Below are positions 23,537 to 37,307 of a stretch of 64,000 bases of DNA, in pieces (positions within the stretch are counted from its first letter, which is position 1; each line of letters opens with the position of its first letter). The DNA is taken from the NCBI GenBank assembly GCA_964057225.1, contig OZ059895.1:11036001-11100000 (forward strand), written 5' to 3'. Origin of the DNA: Auanema rhodensis (lineage: Eukaryota > Animalia > Nematoda). The notes below the pieces were generated by a model. It was not told the origin of the DNA. It saw nothing but the letters and a program-made list of their open reading frames with translations, and did no database searches. A program made the position numbers and the translations under genes.

Positions 23537-26500
23537 GCAAAAAATTAAAAAAGGTTTTACAGTTGTTCAGTGTTTAAACAATGTTTGTTTTGATAAGAAA
23601 TAGATAGAAACAGTAAAGTTAAGATGAAGGTTTATTAACTACTGATTTATGACTGTAATATAGAAATAAGATTGAAGATAATTTGCTGCCTCCGGTTGAG
23701 CTATCTAAGTAAATCTACTTGAAAAGCGAAAAAATTTGTTACGGAAGAGATAAAATTGAAAATCAGCTGCATGTCGCACTTTCAACGTGGTATAGTTGAA
23801 AGCGAAAGTATCTGATTTTCAATGATTTACATACTTATCCTCGTTATAGTATTTTTCCAATTTCATGTTAGTTATGTAACTTTCCACGTTTCATCTGGTT
23901 CCCTCGATGATATCAAAGCTTATGTGCTCCAAATACAATAAATCAAAAAAGGGTTTCACAGTTGTATAGTGTTTAAACAATGTTTGTTTCGATAGGAAGT
24001 AGATAGAAACAGTGAAGTTAAGATGAAGGTTCATTAACTACTGGTTTATGACTGTAATATTAAAATAAGATTAAAGATAATTTGCTGCCTCCGGTTGAGC
24101 TATCTAAGTAAATCTACTTGAAAAGTGAAAACATTTGTTACGGAAGAGATAAAATTGAAAATCAGCTGCATGGCGTACTTTCAACGTGGTATACTTGTAA
24201 GCGAAAATATCTGATATTCAATGATTTACATACTTATCCTCGTTATAGTTTTTTTCCAATTCCATGTTAGTTATGTAATTTTCCACGTTCCATCTGGATC
24301 CCTCGATGATATCAAATTTTATGTGCTCCAAATGCAAAAAATTAAAAAAGGTTTTACAGTTGTTCAGTGTTCAAACAATGTTTGTTTTGATAAGAAATAG
24401 ATAGAAACAGTAAAGTTGAGAGAAAGGTTCATTAACTGCTGGTTTATAACTGTAATATAAAAAAAAGATTGAAGATAATTTGCTGCCTTGGGTTGAGCTA
24501 TTTAAGGAAAACTACTTGAAAATTGAAAACATTTGTTACGGAAGAGATAAAATTGAAAATCAGCTGCATGGCGTACTTATAACGTGGTATAGTTGTAAGC
24601 GAAAATATCTGGTATTCAATGATTTACATACTTATCCTCGTTATAGTTTTTTTTCCAATTTCCTGTTAGTTATGTGATTTTCGACGTTCCATCTGGATCC
24701 CTCGATGATAGCAATTCTTATAAGCTCCAAATACAATAAATTAAAAAAGGTTTCACAGTTGTATAGTGTTTAAACAATGTTTGTTTCGATAGGGAATAGA
24801 TACAAACAGTGAAGTTAAAATGAAGGTTCATTAACTACTGGTTTATAACTGTAATATAGAAATAAGATTGAAGATAATTTTCTGCCGGGGGTTGCGCTAT
24901 CTAAGTAAAACTACTTGACAATCGGAAACATTTGTTACAGAAGAGATAAAATTGAAAATCAGCTGCATGGCGTACTTATAACGTGGTATAGTTGTAAGCG
25001 AAAATATCTGGTATTCAATGATTTACATACTTATCCTCGTTATAGTTTTTTTTCCAATTTCCTGTTAGTTATGTGATTTTCGACGTTCCATCTGGATCCC
25101 TCGATGATAGCAATTCTTATAAGCTCCAAATACAATAAATTAAAAAAGGTTTCACAGTTGTATAGTGTTTAAACAATGTTTGTTTCGATAGGGAATAGAT
25201 AGAAACAGTAAAGTTGAGATAAAGGTTCATTAATTACTGGTTTATAACTGTAATATAGAAATAAGATTAAAGATATTTGCTGCCTTGGGTTGAGCTATCT
25301 AAGTAAAACTACTTGAAAATTGAAAACATTTGTTACGGAAGAGATAAAATTGAAAATCAGCTGCATGGCGTACTTATAACGTGGTATAGTTGTAAGCGAA
25401 AATATCTGGTATTCAATGATTTACATACTTATCCTCGTTATAGTTTTTTTTCCAATTTCCTGTTAGTTATGTGATTTTCGACGTTCCATCTGGATCCCTC
25501 GATGATAGCAATTCTTATAAGCTCCAAATACAATAAATTAAAAAAGGTTTCACAGTTGTATAGTGTTTAAACAATGTTTGTTTCGATAGGGAATAGGTAC
25601 AAACAGTAAAGTTAGAATGAAGGTTCATTAACTACTGGTTTATAACTGTAATATAGAAATAAGATTAAAGATAATTTGCTGCCTTGGGTTGAGCTATCTA
25701 AGTAAAACTACTTGAAAATTGAAAACATTTGTTACGGAAGAGATAAAATTGAAAATCAGCTGCATGTCGTACTTTCAACGTGGTATAGTTGAAAGCGAAA
25801 ATATCTGATTTTCAATGATTCAAATACTTATCCTCGTTATAGTTTTTTTTCCAATTTCCTGTTAAGTATGTAATTTTCCACGTTCCATCTGGATCCCTCG
25901 ATGATAACAATTCTTATAAGCTTCAAATACAATAAATTAAAAAAGGTTTCACAGTAGTATAGTGTTTAAACAATGTTTGTTTCGATAGGGAATAGATAGA
26001 AACAGTAAAGTTGAGATAAAGGTTCATTAATTACTGGTTTATAACTGTAATGAAGAAATAAGATTAAAGATAATTTGCTGCCTTGGGTTGAGCTATCTAA
26101 GTAAAACTACTTAAAAAGTGAAAACATTGGTTACGGAAGAGATAAAACTGAAAATCAGCTGCATGGCGTACTTTGAACGTGGTATAGTTGAAAGCGAAAA
26201 TATCTGATTTTCAATGACTTAAATACTTATCCTCGTTATAGTATTTTTCCAATTTCATGTTAGTTATGTAACTTTCCACGTTTCATCTGGTTCCCTCGAT
26301 GATATCAAAACATATGTGCTCCAAATACAATAAATCAAAAAAGAGTCTCACAGTTGTATAGTGTTTAAACAATGTTTGTTTCGATAGGAAATAGATAGAA
26401 ACAGTAAAGTTGAGAGAAAGGTTCATTAACTACTGGTTTATGACTGTAATATAGAAAAAAGATTGAAGATAATTTGCTGCCTTGGGTTGAGCTATCTAAG

Positions 26501-29500
26501 TAAAACTACTTAAAAAGTGAAAACATTTGTTACGGAAGAGATAAAACTGAAAATCAGCTGCATGGCGTTCTTTCAACGTGATATACTTGTAAGCGAAAAT
26601 ATCTGATATTCAATGATTTACATACTTATCCTCGTTATAGTTTTTTTCCAATTTCATGTTAGTTATGTAATTTTCCACGTTCCATCTGGATCCCTCGATG
26701 ATATCAAATCTTATGTGCTCCAAATACAATAAATTGAAAAAGGTTTCACAGTTGTATAGTGTTTAAACAATGTTTGTTTTGATAGGAAATAGATAGAAAC
26801 AGTAAAGTTAAAATGAAGGTTCATTAACTACTGGTTTATAACTGTAATATAGGAATAAGATTGAAGATAATTTGCTGCCTCCGGTTGAGCTATCTAAGTA
26901 AATCTACTTGAAAAGTGAAAACATTTGTTACGGAAGAGATAAAATTGAAAATCAGCTGCATGGCGTACTTTTAACGTGGTATAGTTGTAAGCGAAAATAT
27001 CTGGTATTCAATGATTTACATACTTATCCTCGTTATAGTTTTTTACCAATTTCATGTTAGTTATGTAATTTTCCACGTTCCATCTGGATCCCTCGATGAT
27101 ATCAAATTTTATGTGCTTCAAATGCAAAAAATTAAAAAAGGTTTTACAGTTGTTCAGTGTTATAACAATGTTTGTTTTGATAAGAAATAGACAGAAACAG
27201 TAAAGTTGAGAAAAAAGTTCATTTACTGCTGGTTTATAACTCTAAAAAAAAAAAAAGATTGAAGATACTTTGCTGCCTTGGGTTGAGCTATTTAAGGAAA
27301 ACTACTTGAAAATTGAAAACATTTGTTACGGAAGAGATAAAATTGAAAATCAGCTGCATGGCGTACTTTTAACGTGGTATAGTTGTAAGCGAAAATATCT
27401 GGTATTCAATGATTTACATAATTATCCTCGTTATAGTTTTTTTTCCAATTTCCTGTTAGTTATGTAATTTTCGACGTTCCATCTGGATCCCTCGATGATA
27501 GCAATTCTTATAAGCTCCAAATACAATAAATTAAAAAAGGTTTCACAGTTGTATAGTGTTTAAACAATGTTTGTTTCGATAGGGAATAGATACAAACAGT
27601 AAAGTTAAAATGAAGGTTCATTAACTACTGGTTTATAACTGTAATATAGAAATAAGATTGAAGATAATTTTCTGCCGGGGGTTGCGCTATCTAAGTAAAA
27701 CTACTTGACAATCGGAAACATTTGTTACAGAAGAGATAAAATTGAAAATCAGCTGCATGGCGTACTTATAACGTGGTATAGTTGTAAGCGAAAATATCTG
27801 GTATTCAATGATTTACATACTTATCCTCGTTATAGTTTTTTTTCCAATTTCCTGTTAGTTATGTAATTTTCGACGTTCCATCTGGATCCCTCGATGATAA
27901 CAATTCTTATAAGCTTCAAATACAATAAATTAAAAAAGGTTTCACAGTTGTATAGTGTTTTAACAATGTTTGTTTCGATAGGAAATAGATAGAAACAGTG
28001 AAGTTGAGATAAAGGTTCATTAATTACTGGTTTATAACTGTAATGAAGAAATAAGATTAAAGATAATTTGCTGCCTTGGGTTGAGCTATCTAAGTAAAAC
28101 TACTTAAAAAGTGAAAACATTGGTTACGGAAGAGATAAAACTGAAAATCAGCTGCATGGCGTACTTTGAACGTGGTATAGTTGAAAGCGAAAATATCTGA
28201 TTTTCAATGACTTAAATACTTATCCTCGTTATAGTATTTTTCCAATTTCATGTTAGTTATGTAACTTTCCACGTTTCATCTGGTTCCCTCGATGATATCA
28301 AAACATATGTGCTCCAAATACAATAAATCAAAAAAGAGTCTCACAGTTGTATAGTGTTTAAACAATGTTTGTTTCGATAGGAAATAGATAGAAACAGTAA
28401 AGTTGAGAGAAAGGTTCATTAACTACTGGTTTATGACTGTAATATAGAAAAAAGATTGAAGATAATTTGCTGCCTTGGGTTGAGCTATCTAAGTAAAACT
28501 ACTTAAAAAGTGAAAACATTTGTTACGGAAGAGATAAAACTGAAAATCAGCTGCATGGCGTTCTTTCAACGTGATATACTTGTAAGCGAAAATATCTGAT
28601 ATTCAATGATTTACATACTTATCCTCGTTATAGTTTTTTTCCAATTTCATGTTAGTTATGTAATTTTCCACGTTCCATCTGGATCCCTCGATGATATCAA
28701 ATCTTATGTGCTCCAAATACAATAAATTGAAAAAGGTTTCACAGTTGTATAGTGTTTAAACAATGTTTGTTTTGATAGGAAATAGATAGAAACAGTAAAG
28801 TTAAAATGAAGGTTCATTAACTACTGGTTTATGACTGTAATATTAAAATAAGATTAAAGATAATTTGCTGCCTCCGGTTGAGCTATCTAAGTAAATCTAC
28901 TTGAAAAGTGAAAACATTTGTTACGGAAGAGATAAAATTGAAAATCAGCTGCATGGCGTACTTTTAACGTGGTATAGTTGTAAGCGAAAATATCTGGTAT
29001 TCAATGATTTACATACTTATCCTCGTTATAGTTTTTTACCAATTTCATGTTAGTTATGTAATTTTCCACGTTCCATCTGGATCCCTCGATGATATCAAAT
29101 TTTATGTGCTCCAAATGCAAAAAATTAAAAAAGGTTTTACAGTTGTTCAGTGTTTAAACAATGTTTGTTTTGATAAGAAATAGATAGAAACAGTAAAGTT
29201 GAGAAAAAAGTTCATTTACTGCTGGTTTATAACTGTAAAAAAAAAAAAAGATTGAAGATACTTTGCTGCCTTGGGTTGAGCTATTTAAGGAAAACTACTT
29301 GAAAATTGAAAACATTTGTTACGGAAGAGATAAAATTGAAAATCAGCTGCATGGCGTACTTATAACGTGGTATAGTTGTAAGCGAAAATATCTGGTATTC
29401 AATGATTTACATACTTATCCTCGTTATAGTTTTTTTTCCAATTTCCTGTTAGTTATGTAATTTTCGACGTTCCATCTGGATCCCTCGATGATAACAATTC

Positions 29501-32500
29501 TTATAAGCTTCAAATACAATAAATTAAAAAAGGTTTCACAGTTGTATAGTGTTTTAACAATGTTTGTTTCGATAGGAAATAGATAGAAACAGTGAAGTTG
29601 AGATAAAGGTTCATTAATTACTGGTTTATAACTGTAATGAAGAAATAAGATTAAAGATAATTTGCTGCCTTGGGTTGAGCTATCTAAGTAAAACTACTTA
29701 AAAAGTGAAAACATTGGTTACGGAAGAGATAAAACTGAAAATCAGCTGCATGGCGTACTTTGAACGTGGTATAGTTGAAAGCGAAAATATCTGATTTTCA
29801 ATGACTTAAATACTTATCCTCGTTATAGTATTTTTCCAATTTCATGTTAGTTATGTAACTTTCCACGTTTCATCTGGTTCCCTCGATGATATCAAAACAT
29901 ATGTGCTCCAAATACAATAAATCAAAAAAGAGTCTCACAGTTGTATAGTGTTTAAACAATGTTTGTTTCGATAGGAAAAAGATAGAAACAGTAAAGTTGA
30001 GAGAAAGGTTCATTAACTACTGGTTTATGACTGTAATATAGAAAAAAGATTGAAGATAATTTGCTGCCTTGGGTTGAGCTATCTAAGTAAAACTACTTAA
30101 AAAGTGAAAACATTTGTTACGGAAGAGATAAAATTGAAAATCAGCTGTATGGCGTACTTTCAACGTGGTATAGTTGTAAGCAAAAATATCTGATATTCAA
30201 TGATTTACATACTTATCCTCGTTATATTATTTTTCCAATTTTATGTTAGTTATGTAATTTTCCACGTTGCATCTGGTTCCCTCGATGATATCAAATCTTA
30301 TGTGCTCCAAATACAATAAATTGAAAAAGGTTTCACAGTTGTATAGTGTTTAAACAATGTTTGTTTTGATAGGAAATAGATAAAAACAGTAAAGTTAAGA
30401 TGAAGGTCTATTAACTACTGGTTTATGACTGTAATATAGAAATAAGATTGAAGATAATTTGCTGCCTCCGGTTGAGCTATCTAAGTAAATCTACTTGAAA
30501 AGTGAAAACATTTGTTACGGAAGAGATAAAATTGAAAATCAGCTGCATGGCGTACTTTTAACGTGGTATAGTTGTAAGCGAAAATATCTGGTATTCAATG
30601 ATTTACATACTTATCCTCGTTATAGTTTTTTTCCAATTTCATGTTAGTTATGTAATTTTCCACGTTCCATCTGGATCCCTCGATGATATCAAATTTTATG
30701 TGCTCCAAATGCAAAAAATTAAAAAAGGTTTTACAGTTGTTCAGTGTTTAAACAATGTTTGTTTTGATAAGAAATAGATAGAAACAGTAAAGTTAAGATG
30801 AAGGTTTATTAACTACTGATTTATGACTGTAATATAGAAATAAGATTGAAGATAATTTGCTGCCTCCGGTTGAGCTATCTAAGTAAATCTACTTGAAAAG
30901 CGAAAAAATTTGTTACGGAAGAGATAAAATTGAAAATCAGCTGCATGTCGCACTTTCAACGTGGTATAGTTGAAAGCGAAAGTATCTGATTTTCAATGAT
31001 TTACATACTTATCCTCGTTATAGTATTTTTCCAATTTCATGTTAGTTATGTAACTTTCCACGTTTCATCTGGTTCCCTCGATGATATCAAAGCTTATGTG
31101 CTCCAAATACAATAAATCAAAAAAGGGTTTCACAGTTGTATAGTGTTTAAACAATGTTTGTTTCGATAGGAAGTAGATAGAAACAGTGAAGTTAAGATGA
31201 AGGTTCATTAACTACTGGTTTATGACTGTAATATTAAAATAAGATTAAAGATAATTTGCTGCCTCCGGTTGAGCTATCTAAGTAAATCTACTTGAAAAGT
31301 GAAAACATTTGTTACGGAAGAGATAAAATTGAAAATCAGCTGCATGGCGTACTTTCAACGTGGTATACTTGTAAGCGAAAATATCTGATATTCAATGATT
31401 TACATACTTATCCTCGTTATAGTTTTTTTCCAATTCCATGTTAGTTATGTAATTTTCCACGTTCCATCTGGATCCCTCGATGATATCAAATTTTATGTGC
31501 TCCAAATGCAAAAAATTAAAAAAGGTTTTACAGTTGTTCAGTGTTCAAACAATGTTTGTTTTGATAAGAAATAGATAGAAACAGTAAAGTTGAGAGAAAG
31601 GTTCATTAACTGCTGGTTTATAACTGTAATATAAAAAAAAGATTGAAGATAATTTGCTGCCTTGGGTTGAGCTATTTAAGGAAAACTACTTGAAAATTGA
31701 AAACATTTGTTACGGAAGAGATAAAATTGAAAATCAGCTGCATGGCGTACTTATAACGTGGTATAGTTGTAAGCGAAAATATCTGGTATTCAATGATTTA
31801 CATACTTATCCTCGTTATAGTTTTTTTTCCAATTTCCTGTTAGTTATGTGATTTTCGACGTTCCATCTGGATCCCTCGATGATAGCAATTCTTATAAGCT
31901 CCAAATACAATAAATTAAAAAAGGTTTCACAGTTGTATAGTGTTTAAACAATGTTTGTTTCGATAGGGAATAGATACAAACAGTGAAGTTAAAATGAAGG
32001 TTCATTAACTACTGGTTTATAACTGTAATATAGAAATAAGATTGAAGATAATTTTCTGCCGGGGGTTGCGCTATCTAAGTAAAACTACTTGACAATCGGA
32101 AACATTTGTTACAGAAGAGATAAAATTGAAAATCAGCTGCATGGCGTACTTATAACGTGGTATAGTTGTAAGCGAAAATATCTGGTATTCAATGATTTAC
32201 ATACTTATCCTCGTTATAGTTTTTTTTCCAATTTCCTGTTAGTTATGTGATTTTCGACGTTCCATCTGGATCCCTCGATGATAGCAATTCTTATAAGCTC
32301 CAAATACAATAAATTAAAAAAGGTTTCACAGTTGTATAGTGTTTAAACAATGTTTGTTTCGATAGGGAATAGATAGAAACAGTAAAGTTGAGATAAAGGT
32401 TCATTAATTACTGGTTTATAACTGTAATATAGAAATAAGATTAAAGATATTTGCTGCCTTGGGTTGAGCTATCTAAGTAAAACTACTTGAAAATTGAAAA

Positions 32501-35500
32501 CATTTGTTACGGAAGAGATAAAATTGAAAATCAGCTGCATGGCGTACTTATAACGTGGTATAGTTGTAAGCGAAAATATCTGGTATTCAATGATTTACAT
32601 ACTTATCCTCGTTATAGTTTTTTTTCCAATTTCCTGTTAGTTATGTGATTTTCGACGTTCCATCTGGATCCCTCGATGATAGCAATTCTTATAAGCTCCA
32701 AATACAATAAATTAAAAAAGGTTTCACAGTTGTATAGTGTTTAAACAATGTTTGTTTCGATAGGGAATAGGTACAAACAGTAAAGTTAGAATGAAGGTTC
32801 ATTAACTACTGGTTTATAACTGTAATATAGAAATAAGATTAAAGATAATTTGCTGCCTTGGGTTGAGCTATCTAAGTAAAACTACTTGAAAATTGAAAAC
32901 ATTTGTTACGGAAGAGATAAAATTGAAAATCAGCTGCATGTCGTACTTTCAACGTGGTATAGTTGAAAGCGAAAATATCTGATTTTCAATGATTCAAATA
33001 CTTATCCTCGTTATAGTTTTTTTTCCAATTTCCTGTTAAGTATGTAATTTTCCACGTTCCATCTGGATCCCTCGATGATAACAATTCTTATAAGCTTCAA
33101 ATACAATAAATTAAAAAAGGTTTCACAGTAGTATAGTGTTTAAACAATGTTTGTTTCGATAGGGAATAGATAGAAACAGTAAAGTTGAGATAAAGGTTCA
33201 TTAATTACTGGTTTATAACTGTAATGAAGAAATAAGATTAAAGATAATTTGCTGCCTTGGGTTGAGCTATCTAAGTAAAACTACTTAAAAAGTGAAAACA
33301 TTGGTTACGGAAGAGATAAAACTGAAAATCAGCTGCATGGCGTACTTTGAACGTGGTATAGTTGAAAGCGAAAATATCTGATTTTCAATGACTTAAATAC
33401 TTATCCTCGTTATAGTATTTTTCCAATTTCATGTTAGTTATGTAACTTTCCACGTTTCATCTGGTTCCCTCGATGATATCAAAACATATGTGCTCCAAAT
33501 ACAATAAATCAAAAAAGAGTCTCACAGTTGTATAGTGTTTAAACAATGTTTGTTTCGATAGGAAATAGATAGAAACAGTAAAGTTGAGAGAAAGGTTCAT
33601 TAACTACTGGTTTATGACTGTAATATAGAAAAAAGATTGAAGATAATTTGCTGCCTTGGGTTGAGCTATCTAAGTAAAACTACTTAAAAAGTGAAAACAT
33701 TTGTTACGGAAGAGATAAAACTGAAAATCAGCTGCATGGCGTTCTTTCAACGTGATATACTTGTAAGCGAAAATATCTGATATTCAATGATTTACATACT
33801 TATCCTCGTTATAGTTTTTTTCCAATTTCATGTTAGTTATGTAATTTTCCACGTTCCATCTGGATCCCTCGATGATATCAAATCTTATGTGCTCCAAATA
33901 CAATAAATTGAAAAAGGTTTCACAGTTGTATAGTGTTTAAACAATGTTTGTTTTGATAGGAAATAGATAGAAACAGTAAAGTTAAAATGAAGGTTCATTA
34001 ACTACTGGTTTATAACTGTAATATAGGAATAAGATTGAAGATAATTTGCTGCCTCCGGTTGAGCTATCTAAGTAAATCTACTTGAAAAGTGAAAACATTT
34101 GTTACGGAAGAGATAAAATTGAAAATCAGCTGCATGGCGTACTTTTAACGTGGTATAGTTGTAAGCGAAAATATCTGGTATTCAATGATTTACATACTTA
34201 TCCTCGTTATAGTTTTTTACCAATTTCATGTTAGTTATGTAATTTTCCACGTTCCATCTGGATCCCTCGATGATATCAAATTTTATGTGCTTCAAATGCA
34301 AAAAATTAAAAAAGGTTTTACAGTTGTTCAGTGTTATAACAATGTTTGTTTTGATAAGAAATAGACAGAAACAGTAAAGTTGAGAAAAAAGTTCATTTAC
34401 TGCTGGTTTATAACTCTAAAAAAAAAAAAAGATTGAAGATACTTTGCTGCCTTGGGTTGAGCTATTTAAGGAAAACTACTTGAAAATTGAAAACATTTGT
34501 TACGGAAGAGATAAAATTGAAAATCAGCTGCATGGCGTACTTTTAACGTGGTATAGTTGTAAGCGAAAATATCTGGTATTCAATGATTTACATAATTATC
34601 CTCGTTATAGTTTTTTTTCCAATTTCCTGTTAGTTATGTAATTTTCGACGTTCCATCTGGATCCCTCGATGATAGCAATTCTTATAAGCTCCAAATACAA
34701 TAAATTAAAAAAGGTTTCACAGTTGTATAGTGTTTAAACAATGTTTGTTTCGATAGGGAATAGATACAAACAGTAAAGTTAAAATGAAGGTTCATTAACT
34801 ACTGGTTTATAACTGTAATATAGAAATAAGATTGAAGATAATTTTCTGCCGGGGGTTGCGCTATCTAAGTAAAACTACTTGACAATCGGAAACATTTGTT
34901 ACAGAAGAGATAAAATTGAAAATCAGCTGCATGGCGTACTTATAACGTGGTATAGTTGTAAGCGAAAATATCTGGTATTCAATGATTTACATACTTATCC
35001 TCGTTATAGTTTTTTTTCCAATTTCCTGTTAGTTATGTAATTTTCGACGTTCCATCTGGATCCCTCGATGATAACAATTCTTATAAGCTTCAAATACAAT
35101 AAATTAAAAAAGGTTTCACAGTTGTATAGTGTTTTAACAATGTTTGTTTCGATAGGAAATAGATAGAAACAGTGAAGTTGAGATAAAGGTTCATTAATTA
35201 CTGGTTTATAACTGTAATGAAGAAATAAGATTAAAGATAATTTGCTGCCTTGGGTTGAGCTATCTAAGTAAAACTACTTAAAAAGTGAAAACATTGGTTA
35301 CGGAAGAGATAAAACTGAAAATCAGCTGCATGGCGTACTTTGAACGTGGTATAGTTGAAAGCGAAAATATCTGATTTTCAATGACTTAAATACTTATCCT
35401 CGTTATAGTATTTTTCCAATTTCATGTTAGTTATGTAACTTTCCACGTTTCATCTGGTTCCCTCGATGATATCAAAACATATGTGCTCCAAATACAATAA

Positions 35501-37307
35501 ATCAAAAAAGAGTCTCACAGTTGTATAGTGTTTAAACAATGTTTGTTTCGATAGGAAATAGATAGAAACAGTAAAGTTGAGAGAAAGGTTCATTAACTAC
35601 TGGTTTATGACTGTAATATAGAAAAAAGATTGAAGATAATTTGCTGCCTTGGGTTGAGCTATCTAAGTAAAACTACTTAAAAAGTGAAAACATTTGTTAC
35701 GGAAGAGATAAAACTGAAAATCAGCTGCATGGCGTTCTTTCAACGTGATATACTTGTAAGCGAAAATATCTGATATTCAATGATTTACATACTTATCCTC
35801 GTTATAGTTTTTTTCCAATTTCATGTTAGTTATGTAATTTTCCACGTTCCATCTGGATCCCTCGATGATATCAAATCTTATGTGCTCCAAATACAATAAA
35901 TTGAAAAAGGTTTCACAGTTGTATAGTGTTTAAACAATGTTTGTTTTGATAGGAAATAGATAGAAACAGTAAAGTTAAAATGAAGGTTCATTAACTACTG
36001 GTTTATGACTGTAATATTAAAATAAGATTAAAGATAATTTGCTGCCTCCGGTTGAGCTATCTAAGTAAATCTACTTGAAAAGTGAAAACATTTGTTACGG
36101 AAGAGATAAAATTGAAAATCAGCTGCATGGCGTACTTTTAACGTGGTATAGTTGTAAGCGAAAATATCTGGTATTCAATGATTTACATACTTATCCTCGT
36201 TATAGTTTTTTACCAATTTCATGTTAGTTATGTAATTTTCCACGTTCCATCTGGATCCCTCGATGATATCAAATTTTATGTGCTCCAAATGCAAAAAATT
36301 AAAAAAGGTTTTACAGTTGTTCAGTGTTTAAACAATGTTTGTTTTGATAAGAAATAGATAGAAACAGTAAAGTTGAGAGAAAAGTTCATTTACTGCTGGT
36401 TTATAACTGTAAAAAAAAAAAAAGATTGAAGATACTTTGCTGCCTTGGGTTGAGCTATTTAAGGAAAACTACTTGAAAATTGAAAACATTTGTTACGGAA
36501 GAGATAAAATTGAAAATCAGCTGCATGGCGTACTTATAACGTGGTATAGTTGTAAGCGAAAATATCTGGTATTCAATGATTTACATACTTATCCTCGTTA
36601 TAGTTTTTTTTCCAATTTCCTGTTAGTTATGTAATTTTCGACGTTCCATCTGGATCCCTCGATGATAACAATTCTTATAAGCTTCAAATACAATAAATTA
36701 AAAAAGGTTTCACAGTTGTATAGTGTTTTAACAATGTTTGTTTCGATAGGAAATAGATAGAAACAGTGAAGTTGAGATAAAGGTTCATTAATTACTGGTT
36801 TATAACTGTAATGAAGAAATAAGATTAAAGATAATTTGCTGCCTTGGGTTGAGCTATCTAAGTAAAACTACTTAAAAAGTGAAAACATTGGTTACGGAAG
36901 AGATAAAACTGAAAATCAGCTGCATGGCGTACTTTGAACGTGGTATAGTTGAAAGCGAAAATATCTGATTTTCAATGACTTAAATACTTATCCTCGTTAT
37001 AGTATTTTTCCAATTTCATGTTAGTTATGTAACTTTCCACGTTTCATCTGGTTCCCTCGATGATATCAAAACATATGTGCTCCAAATACAATAAATCAAA
37101 AAAGAGTCTCACAGTTGTATAGTGTTTAAACAATGTTTGTTTCGATAGGAAAAAGATAGAAACAGTAAAGTTGAGAGAAAGGTTCATTAACTACTGGTTT
37201 ATGACTGTAATATAGAAAAAAGATTGAAGATAATTTGCTGCCTTGGGTTGAGCTATCTAAGTAAAACTACTTAAAAAGTGAAAACATTTGTTACGGAAGA
37301 GATAAAA
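22898..37307 (+). repeat. Tandem 18-monomer duplication (offset 7174 bp)
   Basis: ORF pairs 24480/31654, 27270/34444 and 29263/36437. Private markers GTCGCACTT, the 1-bp deletion AAGATATTTGC (~25270/~32444), GTTAAGTATG and ATAGGAAAAAG all recur at +7174. Confidence 0.95.
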
